DNA of 64,000 bases from the human T2T-CHM13v2.0 reference genome, Homo sapiens. Position 1 is the stretch's first letter. Every line of letters starts with the position of its first letter. The stretch is from the NCBI RefSeq assembly GCF_009914755.1, contig NC_060928.1; one strand, written 5' to 3'. Under the pieces are notes generated by a model, which saw only the letters and a list, made by a program, of their open reading frames with translations, was not told where the DNA came from and searched no databases. The translations under genes were made by a program, and so were the position numbers. Shown in pieces: positions 13,998 to 28,904 of the stretch.

Positions 13998-14148
13998 TCT
14001 GCAATCTTTCACCATTTTTGCTTTATTTATTATACCAAGTAGCATGACAGATGTTTGCAATTTGACTTGAACATTTTCATTGTCTTTGCTTTTTTTGTTT
14101 CTTTCTTTTTAAAAATCCATGGTTTTTTAATTTCCTTTTCAATATTTG
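13998..14148 (+). repeat. Local direct duplication, copy 2
   Basis: Aligns by eye with 12876-13039. Confidence 0.9.
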
Positions 14149-14446
14149 TATCCTTTTATGGAATATAAGAGACCACTTATACGCACAAGAGTTATCTCTT
14201 GTGGGTCTCACTATTATTATCATCAAAATGCCTGAAATTACCTGTGAGGGAACATTATAAAGTAAATGATAAAGAAATAATTTAATGTTACACATTAGGT
14301 AACCTCTAGGAATATATGCTGGAACCATAGGAAGACATTGGGCAGGAAGAACAATAAAAATATTTGGATTGGAAGTAAAAATGCTAATCTACTTGTCAGA
14401 AAGGTCATGTCTACAGTCAACAACTGTTCAAATAGAAGCTTTAAAG

Positions 14447-14661
14447 CGAGGCTCAGCACACTTTTCTGTAGAGCCAGACAACAAATATCTCCGGCTTTGT
14501 GGTCCATATGGTCGACACTGCAACTACTAGAGTCTGCCATTGTAGCACGCAAACAGCCATAGACCATATGTGAATGAATGGTGTGGCTGTGTTCCAAAAG
14601 CCTTATTTACAAAAACAAGGGAAGTGTTAGACTTCTTCAGATCTTGGTGTGCTAGTCCTTG
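14447..14661 (+). mobile_element. MER58A (hAT-Charlie) DNA transposon
   Basis: MER58A motifs (ctgccattgtagcac..aaacagccatagac...gtgtggctgtgttccaa), degenerate TIRs, 8-bp flanks CTTTAAAG/CTTTACAC. Confidence 0.85.
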
Positions 14662-16810
14662 CTTTACACAATTAAGATGAGTGTGAACTATATTTCAAAT
14701 AGAAGTGAGAGCCCCAAAGGTGGGCAAACCATTATAGTAAGATGGTCAAGTTGCCTAGGCAGGGGCAATTTAGACATCTAGACATCATAATTTTGAGTGA
14801 GCTATCAATTTATTCAGGCAGGTTTTCTAAGTCTTAGATTAAAGGGGTAGGTTGGAATTTAGGGTTAGATTCTACCTCACTGAGACAAAATGATACAAAT
14901 AAAAAGTTCATGACAAGGATAGATAAAGACCGTGAACTTACTAGAACATACTAAGTACAGCTGCTCATAGCAACAAGGTTTATTTCAGATCTTACTTGTT
15001 GCTAGCACCATATATTACTCTAACATGCTTGCTCAATTTGCTGTCCCATGGAAAAAATAATTGGTTGAGAACTAGTCAGAAGAGTCTTTGTAACTACTTT
15101 AAGGACAAAAGTAATGTTGCTGTTGTGTCCTCAATATATATATACAATAGTGCCTGGAACACAATAGACATTTAATGATCATTCCTTGTGTACCTAGAAC
15201 TTGATACCTATTAAATATTTTTCTAGTAGAAGTTTGTAAATTAATACTACAGGATTTTTAGCATTTATTCTTTTATAATATTATATATAAAATTTTACTG
15301 ATAGACAATGTCTTCCAGTTCTTTATACTATCCTTTGCCACTTTAATTCAAAAGCATATTAAATTATATTTTATATTAAAAATTTAATTCTAAGAGTAAG
15401 AATTACAGTTATAAAAATATCCCAGGTGATCAAAGATATGGAGCTATTGCCTAATGACTGACATTATAGTATAGTGGTGAATACAGAAATTTAATTTTTC
15501 ATCTCCTCCTGTCACTCCCTCTTAAGACATTTTAGGGTCACCCTCCATGAGGTAGCAGATTCATTAGCTTCTACTTTAAATCCTGCCTCAGAGTAGAAAT
15601 CAGTCAGCTCTGTTGAGGGAATTCCTGAGCAGAAAAAAATATCTTTCTAGGACATTAGAGAGCAATTGAGTATTTAAAGAGTCATTCAAAGAAGAACCTT
15701 CAGTAAGCATTAGAGTAAGCAACTTTACCTATATTTTTTAAAAAGGAGAGCTGAGTCAACTCAGGCAAAAGAAATTGAATATGTCATTTTAAAGAGTCTC
15801 TATATAACAGAAATGAAATGTGTCACTAATCCACCTTGCCAGCTTATACAGCTTTTGAGAGTGAAAGACTCTTAGTAATGACATTGATTATTATTAAATG
15901 TTAGTAGCTCAGTGTTGTAGAGAATATAAACAGCAGTATTTATAGACTCTTGGTAAAATGTATTTTAACTTTTTAAAGACATTGCAGAGTTGGCTATCTT
16001 CTCTAACACAACATATTGTAGAATTGTCATTTAATATTTCGTAGAACTAGCTAGAGCAACTATTCTTTCTTAAGTGGCACATGTTCATTTTCTGTATTTT
16101 CCTCATCTTTACCACCTGCTAGCAGTGTTTCAGGCAACAAAACAGCAGTGTTCTCACCAGACAGTATAGCCTCCTCCAAAATGGTAGAAATCCCAAAGAT
16201 TCACAATAAAGCAAAACCTTTAAGACTATGATAAATGGTTTTTATTTCTTTTTTAAAAACAGTTCTTCCTTTATTCTTTAATCTTTAAACACTGAGTTGA
16301 AATGGATGATTGAAAATATTATTTGGGGTATATTGCTGTACACATAAGAGAGTAAATTTTAAGAGCTGAATTAAATTTCTCACTCTACCTTTTCTTTCAG
16401 TTTATTTTTAAATATATATATTTGTAGAAGCAGTTATCTGCCATCCGGAAATTAATTCTCATTTTCTTGGATTATTTTATGGTGACTACTTTCTAAGTAT
16501 TTTATCCTTTAGTGAACAAATGGTCTTTCTTTCCAGTTAGAAGGTGATCCTCAATAATTATGTTCTTTTCTTTAACCAAAACCTTGTTTCAATTATGACA
16601 TTTTGTTGATATGTAAAAATTCTGAAGAAATAAAAGCAAAAAATATTGAATAATAATTTTGTTTAAACAACATATTTAGAATATTGAATGACCCTGTTTA
16701 AACAATATATTTAGAATGTCTTATTGGTAGAAAATGTCTTCATGAATTTTTCAATGGTTGATTTTTATAGGTATTGTACATTTTGTATCTTAAAGGAACA
16801 TTAAACTTTA

Positions 16811-17569
<759 letters not shown>

Positions 17570-18009
17570 GAAAGAGGAAAAGGAAATGTTTAATCAAAAT
17601 ATAAAATATTTTAAATTGCTTCCTATAGTAGTAAGAAAATCAATAAAATTAATGATTAAACAGTTCAGAAGAACTAAACATTATTAATATCCATTTATAA
17701 GAAGGAAATGTGATGACAGATTAGGCTGAGTAGGATGTTATTCACTTACAATTTTAAAAATAAAACTGTGTAGGTGGGCTTTGTTATTTTACACCAATTT
17801 CACTAAAATGAAGTAGAGACTTGAATGGCTAACAATGTAAAAAATTACATGATAGTGCTTTCGTATTTTTGAAATGAGAAATAGTCAGAAAAAATATTTA
17901 CAAGAGCAACCTTTAGAGTGTCCCAATATACATTTATGAGTTATCACGCTAATTTGCAAAATGTAAGAAAAAATTACAAAATAGACAACATAGTTTACCT
18001 GATAAATGT

Positions 18010-18340
18010 TCAATTTAATTGAATAAATTCATTTAAGCACTTCTGAAAGATATTGTGTTAAGTTTTGGGTATATAAAAATAAATTTTAAAATGCCTGACT
18101 TCAAGGAATTCACAATATATTATGAAGATAGACAAGTTAAACCAACTATTTCAATAAAGTGTGATCAATTTCCTAAAGAAAAGAATAAAATATCCTAAAA
18201 ATCCAGAAAAGTGGTGGCCCAAAGTCAGCTTATGGTAGTAGTGAAAAAGTTTGGGAAAATTTTCTAAAGAAAATCAACTGAATAAAGTATTAAAGAGTAA
18301 ATGACATTAATTCAAGCAAACAGGTTAGGCAGAAATACTC
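18010..18340 (-). mobile_element. L2 fragment
   Basis: cattta.agcac...gcctgacttcaaggaattcacaat..., a reverse L2 3' region. Confidence 0.5.
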
Positions 18341-18639
18341 TAGTCCATACCAAAAAACGTTTCCCAACTAAATGCGGACATATATAGATCTACAAAATCA
18401 TACATGTAGCATGTAGGTTTTTTTAAAAAAGACAGATGGTTAGCACCACCAGTATTAACCTGTGGTGTTATGTCTTTCACAAGATTTTTGAAATGAGGAG
18501 CACTCAACAGATGTGGGAGATAAGGAAATAATTTTGAGATATTACTGACAAATGAGGATTGTGACTTATTTTTTTAATTTACTCTGTTAACTTCCCAAAA
18601 TTATGTAATATATTTTACATAGAAATAAATACTTTAAAA

Positions 18640-21600
18640 GGTCAATGGAGTTTAAGCTGTTGTTTAGCTCAAATAACCCTCTTACAGAGAGAAATGATAA
18701 AGTAGAAAATAAAAAAAAGTTTGAGTGCCATGTAGAGTGATGAAAGCTAGCAGAAGCTGAAGAGGAGTCTGCTCTTAAATAGAAATTAAAATAAGTGTGA
18801 TATGTGAATTAACAGATTTTTGTTGGAAGTTACCCTCCAATGGAGTACTGTTACTGCAGTAGAAGACTATGGCCTTATTAACTTAAGAGTTTGGTACTGG
18901 GAAAGCAGTCAGAAATGTAGAGAAAAATATCTGGAAAAGAAGGAGTTGTATAAGAGATGAAAGCCCCCCAAAATGTATAAAAAGCGCACAAATCTTGATA
19001 AAACATTTAATTTTAATAATGAATGAAAAAGAGCATGGGGTCCTGACAAAATCCTAGATGCTCAAAACTGAAAAATCTGAGTGAAGATTTTAGTTGCTTC
19101 CCACAAAGGGGAAACACAGTTTATTATAACAAAATCCAGTGTTTGTATAATGTACAATTTGTAATGTTGAATCAAATATCACTAGAATGAAAAAAATTAA
19201 AATATGCCATTTTCACAGAGAAAAAAATGCAATCAATAAAAAACTTTCCTAAAATTTTCAAGACATTATAATCAGCAGTATCAAAGTTTTTATTAAAATA
19301 TACTTCATGACTTAACACAAAATATGATTAATAAACAAATGAGGAATATCAACGGATTAGAACTAAAAAAAAAATCAAAGCAATGAAACTAAAAGTACAA
19401 CTGAAATGAAAATTTCACTTCATGAAATTGATAAAAGATAGGAGGTAGCAAAATAAAAAGCATTAGTGAACTTGAATGCAGATCAATTAAAATATTGAAT
19501 GTGAATAAAGAGAAATATTAAGTGCTCTAACATATGTATAATTGGAGTTCGATAGGAGAGGATAGAGACAATGGGGCAGAAAAATATTTGAATATATTAA
19601 ACAAAAAGAAAAAAGCAAAAATTTGGAGGAAAAGCATCAAACTGTACATACGAACACCTCAACAAACCATGTCATTGTAAACTGTAGATATCAAAACATA
19701 AAGAACACCTAAAAGGGTCCAGACATAAATGACATATTACAAACACAGCTATTCAAATAATAGCTGACTTCTCATTAGGAAAAATATGATGGTTAGACTA
19801 CAATAGAACCATAACCCTAATGTGCTGGGAGAAAACAGAAGGACAATAAAAGACAATTTAGGTAAACCAAAATCAAGACCATTCATTGCATTGAGACTTA
19901 TGTACAGAAAATGCTAAAGGAAGTAACTCAGGATGAAGGAAATTACACTAGATTATAGCTTGATTATACATAAAGGGGTACAGTTGCAAAATGTTAATAG
20001 TATAAAAGACTAATATTTCTTCAAGTAAAATAAAGTAAAAAGGACTAGATGTATAATCTCATTTGAAACAACCAAAAATTGAAACTAAATAAATGAAACA
20101 ACGAATCACATCCAGCAATGCAGAAGTGATCCCTTAGACATGGTAAAGAAATAAAATGAACTATACAATTGCCTCTGCTTGCTGTCTGAGAATGTAATTC
20201 AGGCAGAACTCAGCTATCTCGTTGAGGAGATAGATCTGAGAACTCAGATAATCCAAGGCAGCTAAGGTTCACAGTACAGAGTATGACAGAAGAGAAAGGC
20301 ATACACATGCACACACACACATCCCAGCCCCCAAACACACAACCCACACAGGGCTCCAGGGTTCTGCAAAAGATTAGCAAAATACTAATTAATGAATACG
20401 TGTATGAAAAATATCTATTTCTAGTCACCAAAAAATGACTAGAAATAACAATCCTCAAAGCTCAGAGTGAGGAATATTGCCTGTTCTCAAAAGACAAAGT
20501 GGAGTACTTCTGAATTTATGAAGTTGCAGGTGGAGTACTAAGAAAGTTTTCCTCAGTAGTTTGTAAAATTAATATGAAAAACAGCTCCACTCCCTCCCAC
20601 CTAGTAAAGTTAGAACTCAGTATCCACAATGGTCAAATCATTTCCAGGTAAGTTAATTGTGCCCTGGGAGAATGCTAAAAAATATTCATAGGAACACAAA
20701 AAATATCTAGACCAAGCAACGACGAATCCAAAATGGGTCTATCACCCAATAGAAAATTACCATGCACTCAAGAAGCAGAACATTCTGCCTGTAACTAAAA
20801 GAAAAAAAAAATCTATCAAAATAGTCCTAGAAATAATGCAGATGATAGAGTTAGACATTTAATACATAGCAAGAGAAAATATCACAAATGAAATACAGAA
20901 TAAAAAAGACAGGAAAAAATCAGGGAATTATCAATGTGGGTGATAAAATTTCTAGTGAGATATAAAAATTTCCTGGAATAAATAACATGTTTTTATATTG
21001 ATAAAGGGCCAGTTTCTCAGAAGGATATGACAGTCTTATTTTTTTTTCACTTCTAATCCAACTTAAAAATTAATGAAGGGAAAACTTCCAGGAGAAATAA
21101 AGGAATCCACAAATACAGTTAGAGCTCTTAACACTCTGTCTCAATAGTTTATAAAACATTTATAACATCAGTAAATATGATATTATAAAACATTTATAAT
21201 ATCAGTGTTCTGGTTGACAGAACACTATCAACCAACTTGACCCAATGGACATTTGTACAACAGTCCACCCTATTACAACAGAATACACATTCTTTTCAAG
21301 TGTTTATAGGACATTTACAAAGACAAAACGTAATCTCTCAGCAAACATACCTCAATACATGTAAAAATGATTCAGGCCATACAAAGCAAATGTCTTCCAA
21401 TGATGGAACTAAATACTAAAGAATTACAAAAGAGATATATGGAAAATCTCCAAATATTTTGAAACCAAATGACACATGTACATGTTATCTATGGGCCAAA
21501 GAAGAAATGTAAATGCATATTAGAAAGTAGTTTGAGCTGAATGAAAATGTAAATGAAATATGTCAAAACATATGGGAGGCTGTTAAAGAAAAAAAGAGGG

Positions 21601-22811
21601 AAATAATAAGGGGGAATTCTCAAATTAGAAAATAAATAATTTTCAAATCAGAGACTTCGGCTTCTACTTTAAGAAACTAACAAAAGGAGATCAATTTAAA
21701 GCCAAAGTATGCAGAAAAAAATAAGGCCAGAGCAGAAATCAAATAATTTAAACTTAGAAAAAATAAGTAAATGAAGCCAAAAACTGATTATATGAAAGAT
21801 AAATAAAAATAATAATTATCTAGCTAGGCTGATCAGCCTCCAAAATGAAGAAATTACAAATTACCAGTATCAGATGTGAGCGAAATGCTATCACTTGAAA
21901 TTCTAGACATTATAAAGAGAAAAGGCAACGTAAACAACTTTAGGTAAGTGAATTCGACCACTTAGTTTATGTCTTTTAAATACATAAACTAAAAAACGTT
22001 TTCCCAAGAAAAACCCTGTATCTCTGAAAGACATTGAGTTTTTAATTAAAAACTTTGCAGAAGAATACACAATGTTTTCACTTGGAGAATTCTACTAAAC
22101 ATTAAGCAATAAATAATATCATTTTTTAAAATAAAATCTTCCAGAAAATTTAAGAGAAATGATATACTCTATGTTGTTCTGTAAAACTATAATAGCATTT
22201 CTCTGATGCAAAAATCAGAAAAAAGTTGCACAAGGAAAGAAAACCATGAATCAATATTACTTGGAACACAGATGCTAAAGTTTTAAACATGATTTTAGCA
22301 ACATAATACAGCAAATATAAAAAGGCTAATACATAATGCGTAAGTAAGATTTATCCACAGAAAGTAAGGTTAATTCAACGATTGGAAATCAATCACTATA
22401 ATTTACCACACTAACAGGCAAACACTAGCAACAATGTCATATAATCTTTTCAATAGATGGAAAAAATGTCTGATACAATTCAACACCTATTTTTGAAAAA
22501 GAAAAAAAAAAAACTCTCGGCAAGGTAAGAGTAGAAGGAATCTTCCTCAGCCTGATAAGGGGTAATTACCAATAACCAAAGTTAACCTTATATCTCATAG
22601 TAAAAGACTGAATATTTCCCAATAAGATAAAAAAGAATCCAAGTGTATCCACTGTTAGCACTTCTACTGACCATTGTACTAGAGATTTTAGTTAGCACAA
22701 TATGATAAGAAAAAAAAAACACATTCATATTAGAAAAGAAGTAAATCTATATTTGTAGATGACATAATCATCTCCAGAGATAATTTTATGGACCCTACAC
22801 AAAAAGCTTCT
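18640..22811 (+). mobile_element. Ancient L1M element(s), degraded 5' UTR/ORF1/ORF2
   Basis: A-rich L1-like ORF1 remnants (aattggagtt, atagctgacttctca) and ORF2 remnants (acagaatacacattcttttcaagtg, tttgtagatgacataat); many stops and indels. Confidence 0.75.
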
Positions 22812-23091
22812 GGCTAGGCAATGTGGCTTATGCCCATAATCCCAGCACTTTGGGAAGCCAAAGTAAGTCGAAACCAGCCTGGACAACATGGGGAAACCCC
22901 CTCTCTACTAAGAACACAAAAATTAGCTGGGTGTGTTGGTGTGCCTGTAGCCTCAACTAATCTACTCCGAAAGCTAAGGTGGGAGAATCACCTTAGCACC
23001 AGAAGCTGAGGCTTCAGTAAGCCAAGATCGTGCCACTGCACTCTAGCCTGGGCAATAGGAGTGAGACCAGGTCTCAAAGGAAAAAAAAAAA
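22812..23091 (+). mobile_element. AluJ-like SINE with internal deletion
   Basis: Alu left and right arms with part of the left arm missing; short A tail abuts the L1PA insertion. Confidence 0.85.
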
Positions 23092-25362
23092 TTGCTGAGG
23101 AGTGCTTTATTTCCAAAGATGTGGTCAATTTTGGAATAGGTGTGGTGTGGTGCTGAAAAGAATGTATATTCTGTTGATTTGGGGTGGAGAGTTCTGTAAA
23201 TGTCTATTAGGTCTGCTTGATGCAGAGCTGAGTTCAATTCCTGGATATCCTTGTTAACTTTCTGTCTCGATCTATCTAATGTTGACAGTGGGGTGTTAAA
23301 GTCTCACGTTATTATTGTGTGGGAGTCTAAGTCTCTTTGTAGGTCTCTAAGGATTTGCTTTATGAATCTGGGTGCTCCTGTACTGGGTGCATATATATTT
23401 AGGATAGTTAGCTCTTCTTGTTGAATTGCAGATGACATGACTGCATATCTAGAAAACCCCATCATCTCAGCCCAAAATCTCCTTAAGCTGATAGGCAACT
23501 TCAGCAAAGTCTTAGTATACAAAATCAGTGTGCAAAAATCACAAGCATTATTACACACCAATAACAGAGAGCCAAATCATGAGTGAACTCCCATTCACAA
23601 TTGCTTCAAAGAGAATGAAATACCTAGGAATCCAACTTACAAGGGATGTGAAGGACTTCTTCAAGGAGAACTACAAACCACTGCTCATTGAAATAAAAGA
23701 GGTTACAAACAAATGGAAGAACATTCCATGCTCATGGATAGGAAGAATCAATATTGTGAAAATGGCCATACTGCCCAAGGTAATTTATAGATTAAATGCC
23801 ATCCCCATCAAGCTACCAATGATTTTCTTCACAGAATTGGAAAAAACTAACTTAAAGTTCATATGGAACCAAAAAGAGCCCACATTGCCAAGTCAATCCT
23901 AAGCCAAAAGAACAAAGCTGGAGGCATCATGCTACCTGACTTCAAACTATACCACAAGGCTACAGTAACCAAAACAGCATGGTACTGGTACCCAAACAGA
24001 TATATAGACCAATGGAACAGAACAGAGCCCTCAGAAATAATGTCGCATATCTACAACCATCTGATCTTTGACAAACCTGACAAAAACAAGCAATGGGGAA
24101 AGGATTCCCTATTTAATAAATGGTGCTGGGAAAACTGGCCAGCCTTATTCAGAAAGCTGAAACTGGATCCCTTCCTTACACCTTATACAAAAATTAATTC
24201 AAGATGGATTAAAGACTTACATGTTAGACCTAAAACCATAAAAACCCTAGAAGAAAACCTAGGCAATACCATTCAGGACATAGGCATGGGCAAGGACTTC
24301 ATGTCTAAAACACCAAAAGCAATGGCAACAAAAGCCAGAATTGACAAATGGGATCTAATGAAACTAAAGAGCTTCTGCACAGTGAAAGAAACTACCATCA
24401 GAGTGAACAGGCAACCTACAGAATGGGAGAAAATTTTTGCAGTCTACTTATCAGAAGGGCTAATATCCAGAATCTGCAATGAACTAAAACAAATTTACAA
24501 GAAAAAAACAAACAACCCCATCAACAAGTGGGCGAAGGATATGAACAGACACTTCTCAAAAGAAGACATTTATGCAGCCAAAAAACACATGAAAAAATGC
24601 TCATCATCACTGGCCACCAGAGAAATGCAAATCAAAACCACAATGAGATACCATCTCACACCAATTAGAATGGTGATCATTAAAAAGTCAGGAAACAACA
24701 GGTGCTGGAGAGGATGTGGAGAAATAGGGACAGTTTTACACTGTTGGTGGGACTGTAAACTAGTTCAACCATTGTGGAAGTCAGTGTGGCTATTCCTCAG
24801 GGATCTAGAACTAGAAATACCATTTGACCCAGCCATCCCATTACTGGGTATATACCCAAAGGATTATAAAACATGCTGCTATAAAGACACATGCACACGT
24901 ATGTTTATTGTGGCACTATTCACAATAGCAAAGACTTGGAACCAACCCAAATGTCCAACAATGATAGACTAGATTAAGAAAATGTGGCACATATACACCA
25001 TGGAATACTATGCAGCCATAAAAAAGGATGAGTTCACGTCCTTTGTAGGGACATGGATGAAGCTGGAAATCATCATTCTCAGCAAACTATCGCAAGGTCA
25101 AAAAACCAAACACCGCATGTTCTCACTCATAGGTGGGAAATGAACAATGAGAACACATGGACACAGGAAGGGGAACATCACACACCAGGGCCTGTTGTGG
25201 GGTGGGGAGAGGAGTTAGGGATAGCATTAGGAGATATACCTAATGTTAAATGACGAGATAATGGGTGCAGTACACCAACATGGCACATGTATACATATGT
25301 AACAAACCTGCACATTGTGCACATGTACCTTAAAACTTAAAGTGTAATTTAAAAAAAAAAAA
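23092..25362 (+). mobile_element. L1PA4-6-like insertion, 5'-inverted
   Basis: 23092-23428 is reverse-strand endonuclease region (YSKIDH, NIYAP). Sense part runs from 23426 (FADD region) through the 3' UTR and poly(A). Confidence 0.93.
23863..24972 (+). pseudogene. L1 ORF2p C-terminal remnant (369-aa open frame)
   Basis: [25 protein letters not shown] zinc-knuckle; frameshifted upstream and prematurely stopped. Confidence 0.9.
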
Positions 25363-26100
25363 ACCACAATGAGAGACTATTAGACCCCCACCAGAAAGGT
25401 TGCAATTAGAAAGCTGACAACACTCGAATATCAGTGATATCAGTGATGATGTGAAGACACCAAAACTCTCGTTCACTGCTGATAGGATTGTAAACAGTAC
25501 AATCACTTTGGAAATTAAGGATTGGAAGTTCTTACAAAGATAAATATTTGATCCTCCAATGTCACTTCCAGGTATTTAACCAAGAAAATTTAATATCTTT
25601 GTCAACAGAATGATGCGTGTGCAAATGTTCAGAATAGCTTCATTCATAACAGCCAAAAACTATAAATAACTCATATTTCAATCATCAGGAGAATGAATAA
25701 TTGATGTGTGATTTATTGATATAATTAATCAATATTATGCAGAACTCCCCTTCCTAAAATCAAAGCACAATAGATTACCTATTCATACAACAACATGGGT
25801 GAAAGTTGTAGAGATTATCTCGAGGCAATTAAGCTGGAAATAAAAAAGTACACACTTTATGATGCCATGTACATGAAGTTTTATAATATGTAAAACTGTC
25901 TCTTCGAAAAAAAAAAGAAACAGAATTATGGTTTTCTCTGGGCTCAAGAGCAAGTGACTGTCAAGGGACATGAGAAAGTATTTGAGGTGATGAAAGCAGT
26001 CTATATCTTTATAGGAAATGTTGGCTATATGTTGCCCATTTACCAAAACTATACATTTAATATCTGTGTATTTTATTTATGCAAATTTTATTTGAAAATT
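25363..26100 (+). mobile_element. Ancient L1M ORF2 end and 3' UTR
   Basis: accacaatgagagac...cactgctgataggattgtaaa...catacaacaacatgggtgaa...; probably the continuation of the 18640-22811 element. Confidence 0.75.
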
Positions 26101-26699
26101 TGAGTGAGAGAGTGAGGAATGGGCAGAAGCATAAATTAAACAAGGATGATGATCACGAATGTTGATTGTTTTTGGAGCTGAGTGATGGAGGTATGAGGAT
26201 TCCTTATACTCTTTTGTTTGAATATGGACAACAAAACTGAAAACCTTAGATAAAAAAGATTGTACAAGATTTTTAGCTATTATTTAGTACATCATACTAA
26301 CGAAGAGGAGTATCAGAGTTTGAGAAAGGAAGCACATAGATTTATATATTTGGGATACCCAGGTTCAATTTTTTTTTCTTTTTTTATTAACTTTGTTAGT
26401 TTGTGCCAATTATTTTTCTGAATTTCAGTATATTCAACTCTAAGTTTAATGATCTCTACCTGAAAGGGTGGCAATAAAAATTTGACAACTTTAACTTATT
26501 GCAACCAGTTGGTATACTGTATAAAATTTAGGACATATCAAAGGAAGTGTTGTTGTAGTTATTCCCTAGATTACCCTTCAATCGTGTCCCCAGTTTTCTT
26601 AAAGAAGCCATAAGAAATTAGGATTTGCATTAAATTATGTGAATTTGTCCACATATGCTTCTAGTCTTGGAAAACAAAGATTGAAGTTAGATAAGATTA

Positions 26700-26890
26700 A
26701 CATGGTGGAAAGAAAATTGCATTTATAATCAGACTGGAGCTGTCTTACTTACTTATCACTCTGCAGCTTTGGGTAAAACTTATTTCCTCCTCTATGAAAG
26801 GAATATAATAACTAAATTGCAAAATTAGATGAAATATTGCATATAAAATTCCTTGAACGTTTTGTATATATTTGGCACTAAAAAAGCAAG
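26700..26890 (+). mobile_element. MIR fragment
   Basis: tggtggaaaga...ctttgggtaaa...ttcctcctctatgaaagg, degenerate core. Confidence 0.45.
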
Positions 26891-27698
26891 CTAGTTCTTT
26901 GTTAACATAAACACAACAGAAGGGCTTACTTTGCTGCTTTCGTATTTGTAATCTAGCAAAAATCTAGAGTGAAAATGAAATATCAAAGACTAATCTGTGT
27001 AAAGAGTTTTCAGTTGAGAAATTGAATCCTACAATTCTGTGAGAACCAAGGATATGTATTTGTGATTTTGAATAGACGAAACTTTCCTTCACCAATATGT
27101 AGGGAGGATTATTCTTTCTGTCAGTTCTTAGGGCACTAAATCTGAGGAGTCAGGATAAATAATTTTGCAAGCATAGTGGCTCACACAGTTTAACTACGGC
27201 AGAAGCAGCAAAGCTACCTGTAATCTAAGGAGATTTATATGATCGAGTTTATTTAGCAAAACTGGAGTCCAAGTGTGAAGAAATTTGTTCTGATCTTGAA
27301 GGCTGCAATTCTGAATAGCTGAGTAATGTTATCAAAGCAGCACATAAGGAAGATAGCTTCTGAACTATCATTTAGGATTAAGCTGGGAAGAAGACTTAAA
27401 TTTGTGAGAAGAATAACATTTTGTCATATGTTGATACAACTTGCAAAATCTTAAATAATAGAATTTATTTTTATCTTTTATAATAAATATACAGCAATAC
27501 TAGATTCATTATTTACCCATACTTTTTTCATACTTTTTTGAACAGAAACTCTACTATCTGGAACATTTTTGGCTTATCCATACTTAAAAATATATTACTT
27601 GTCACTTTTTGCAACATGAAAAATAGGTATCTTAACATAAAATTATAATGATTTGAGTAACCTGAACCTAAATTTCTTTGGAGGCATCAATATCCAGT

Positions 27699-28003
27699 TG
27701 CCTTAGTCTATTTAGGCTGTCATAACAAGATATGATACAGTGGTGGCTTATGAAAAATGGACATTTATTTCTCACAGCTCGAGGAGCTGGGAAGTCCAAG
27801 ATTAAGATGCCAGCAGATGCGATGTCTGGTGAGGGATCATTTCCTCACAGAGGGCCATCTTCTCACTATAATGTCACATGATGAAAGGGGCAAAGGATTC
27901 CACTGAGTTCTCTTTCATAAGGACACTAATACTATTTATGAGGGCTCTTCCCTCCCAATACCATCAACTTGGATGTTAGGATTCCCACAACATTCATAAC
28001 CAT
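27699..28003 (-). mobile_element. MLT1A-type (MaLR) solo LTR
   Basis: tttatttctcacag...gctgggaagtccaagattaagatgccagcagat..gatgtctggtgaggg. Confidence 0.85.
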
Positions 28004-28486
28004 TCAATTCCTTACTCTCCTCAAAATGGGACTCCAAAAAGCATAATGTTGCATTATTTAAATAAATCATTTAAACAATTACCAAATACAGGCATAACAC
28101 AGTTGAGAAACAGAACATAAAGTATCTTGCAGGGTAGAAGAGGAACTCTTTAAGTAAGTTTTCCTTATCTTTATGGTCATAAGAAAGAGAGGCAATGTGA
28201 CTCATATTTTTTTACCATCCTTTTAGACAAATATTTTTTTAAAGCCTACTACATGTCATGTACTTTGTTTACATTACACGATATATTCCTCATAGCAATA
28301 CGAGGAAACAGATACCATTTTCTCACATGGGCAGTATAGGAGAGCAAAAGTGAGGTGCACACCCAAAATTAGAAATTAGAAAAATAAAATCAGAAGATAA
28401 AGCTGTGAAATCAACATATAAACTTATATTGTCAGAATGGCTCCCAGAATAGCAAAATTTGCCAATAATCATGTTTTTAAAGCATG

Positions 28487-28515
28487 CACACACACACACA
28501 CACACCACACACCAC
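28487..28515. repeat. (CA)n microsatellite
   Basis: Seen directly. Confidence 0.85.
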
Positions 28516-28825
28516 AAAATATGAGGAACGATGTATGAAATATTAAAACAAAACCAATGCAATTTCTTTTCTATGTTGGACACTATCAAAATTAGAATTA
28601 GAAAAGAAGATAAAATCGTAGCTATTTTCTGTAAGTTTTAATTAAATTAAAAATAAGCATTTTCGTAATTGTCTCGAATGAATTTTTAAATGCTCATTTG
28701 TTACTTTCTGTTAGATTCAAAGTAACTAGTTTATTCACAATCCTAAAAATACCTCAAACTACTTTTTCAAGGCTCTGACTTTTTTGCTAACGTTTATTTA
28801 TTAAAGACACATTATCACGGGATGT

Positions 28826-28903
28826 ATTTTATTTATTTATTTTTTTGAAACAGTCTTTATGTTGCTCAGACTGGTCTCAAATTCCTGGACTCAAGCAATC
28901 CTC
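28826..28903 (-). mobile_element. FLAM/Alu monomer fragment
   Basis: T-rich tail followed by tatgttgctcagactggtctcaaattcctggactcaagcaatcctc. Confidence 0.75.
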
Positions 28904-28904
28904 A

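Noticed and set aside
23304-23561. Apparent novel 85-aa fusion ORF
   Set aside because: Read-through across the L1 inversion junction (antisense RT joined to endonuclease).
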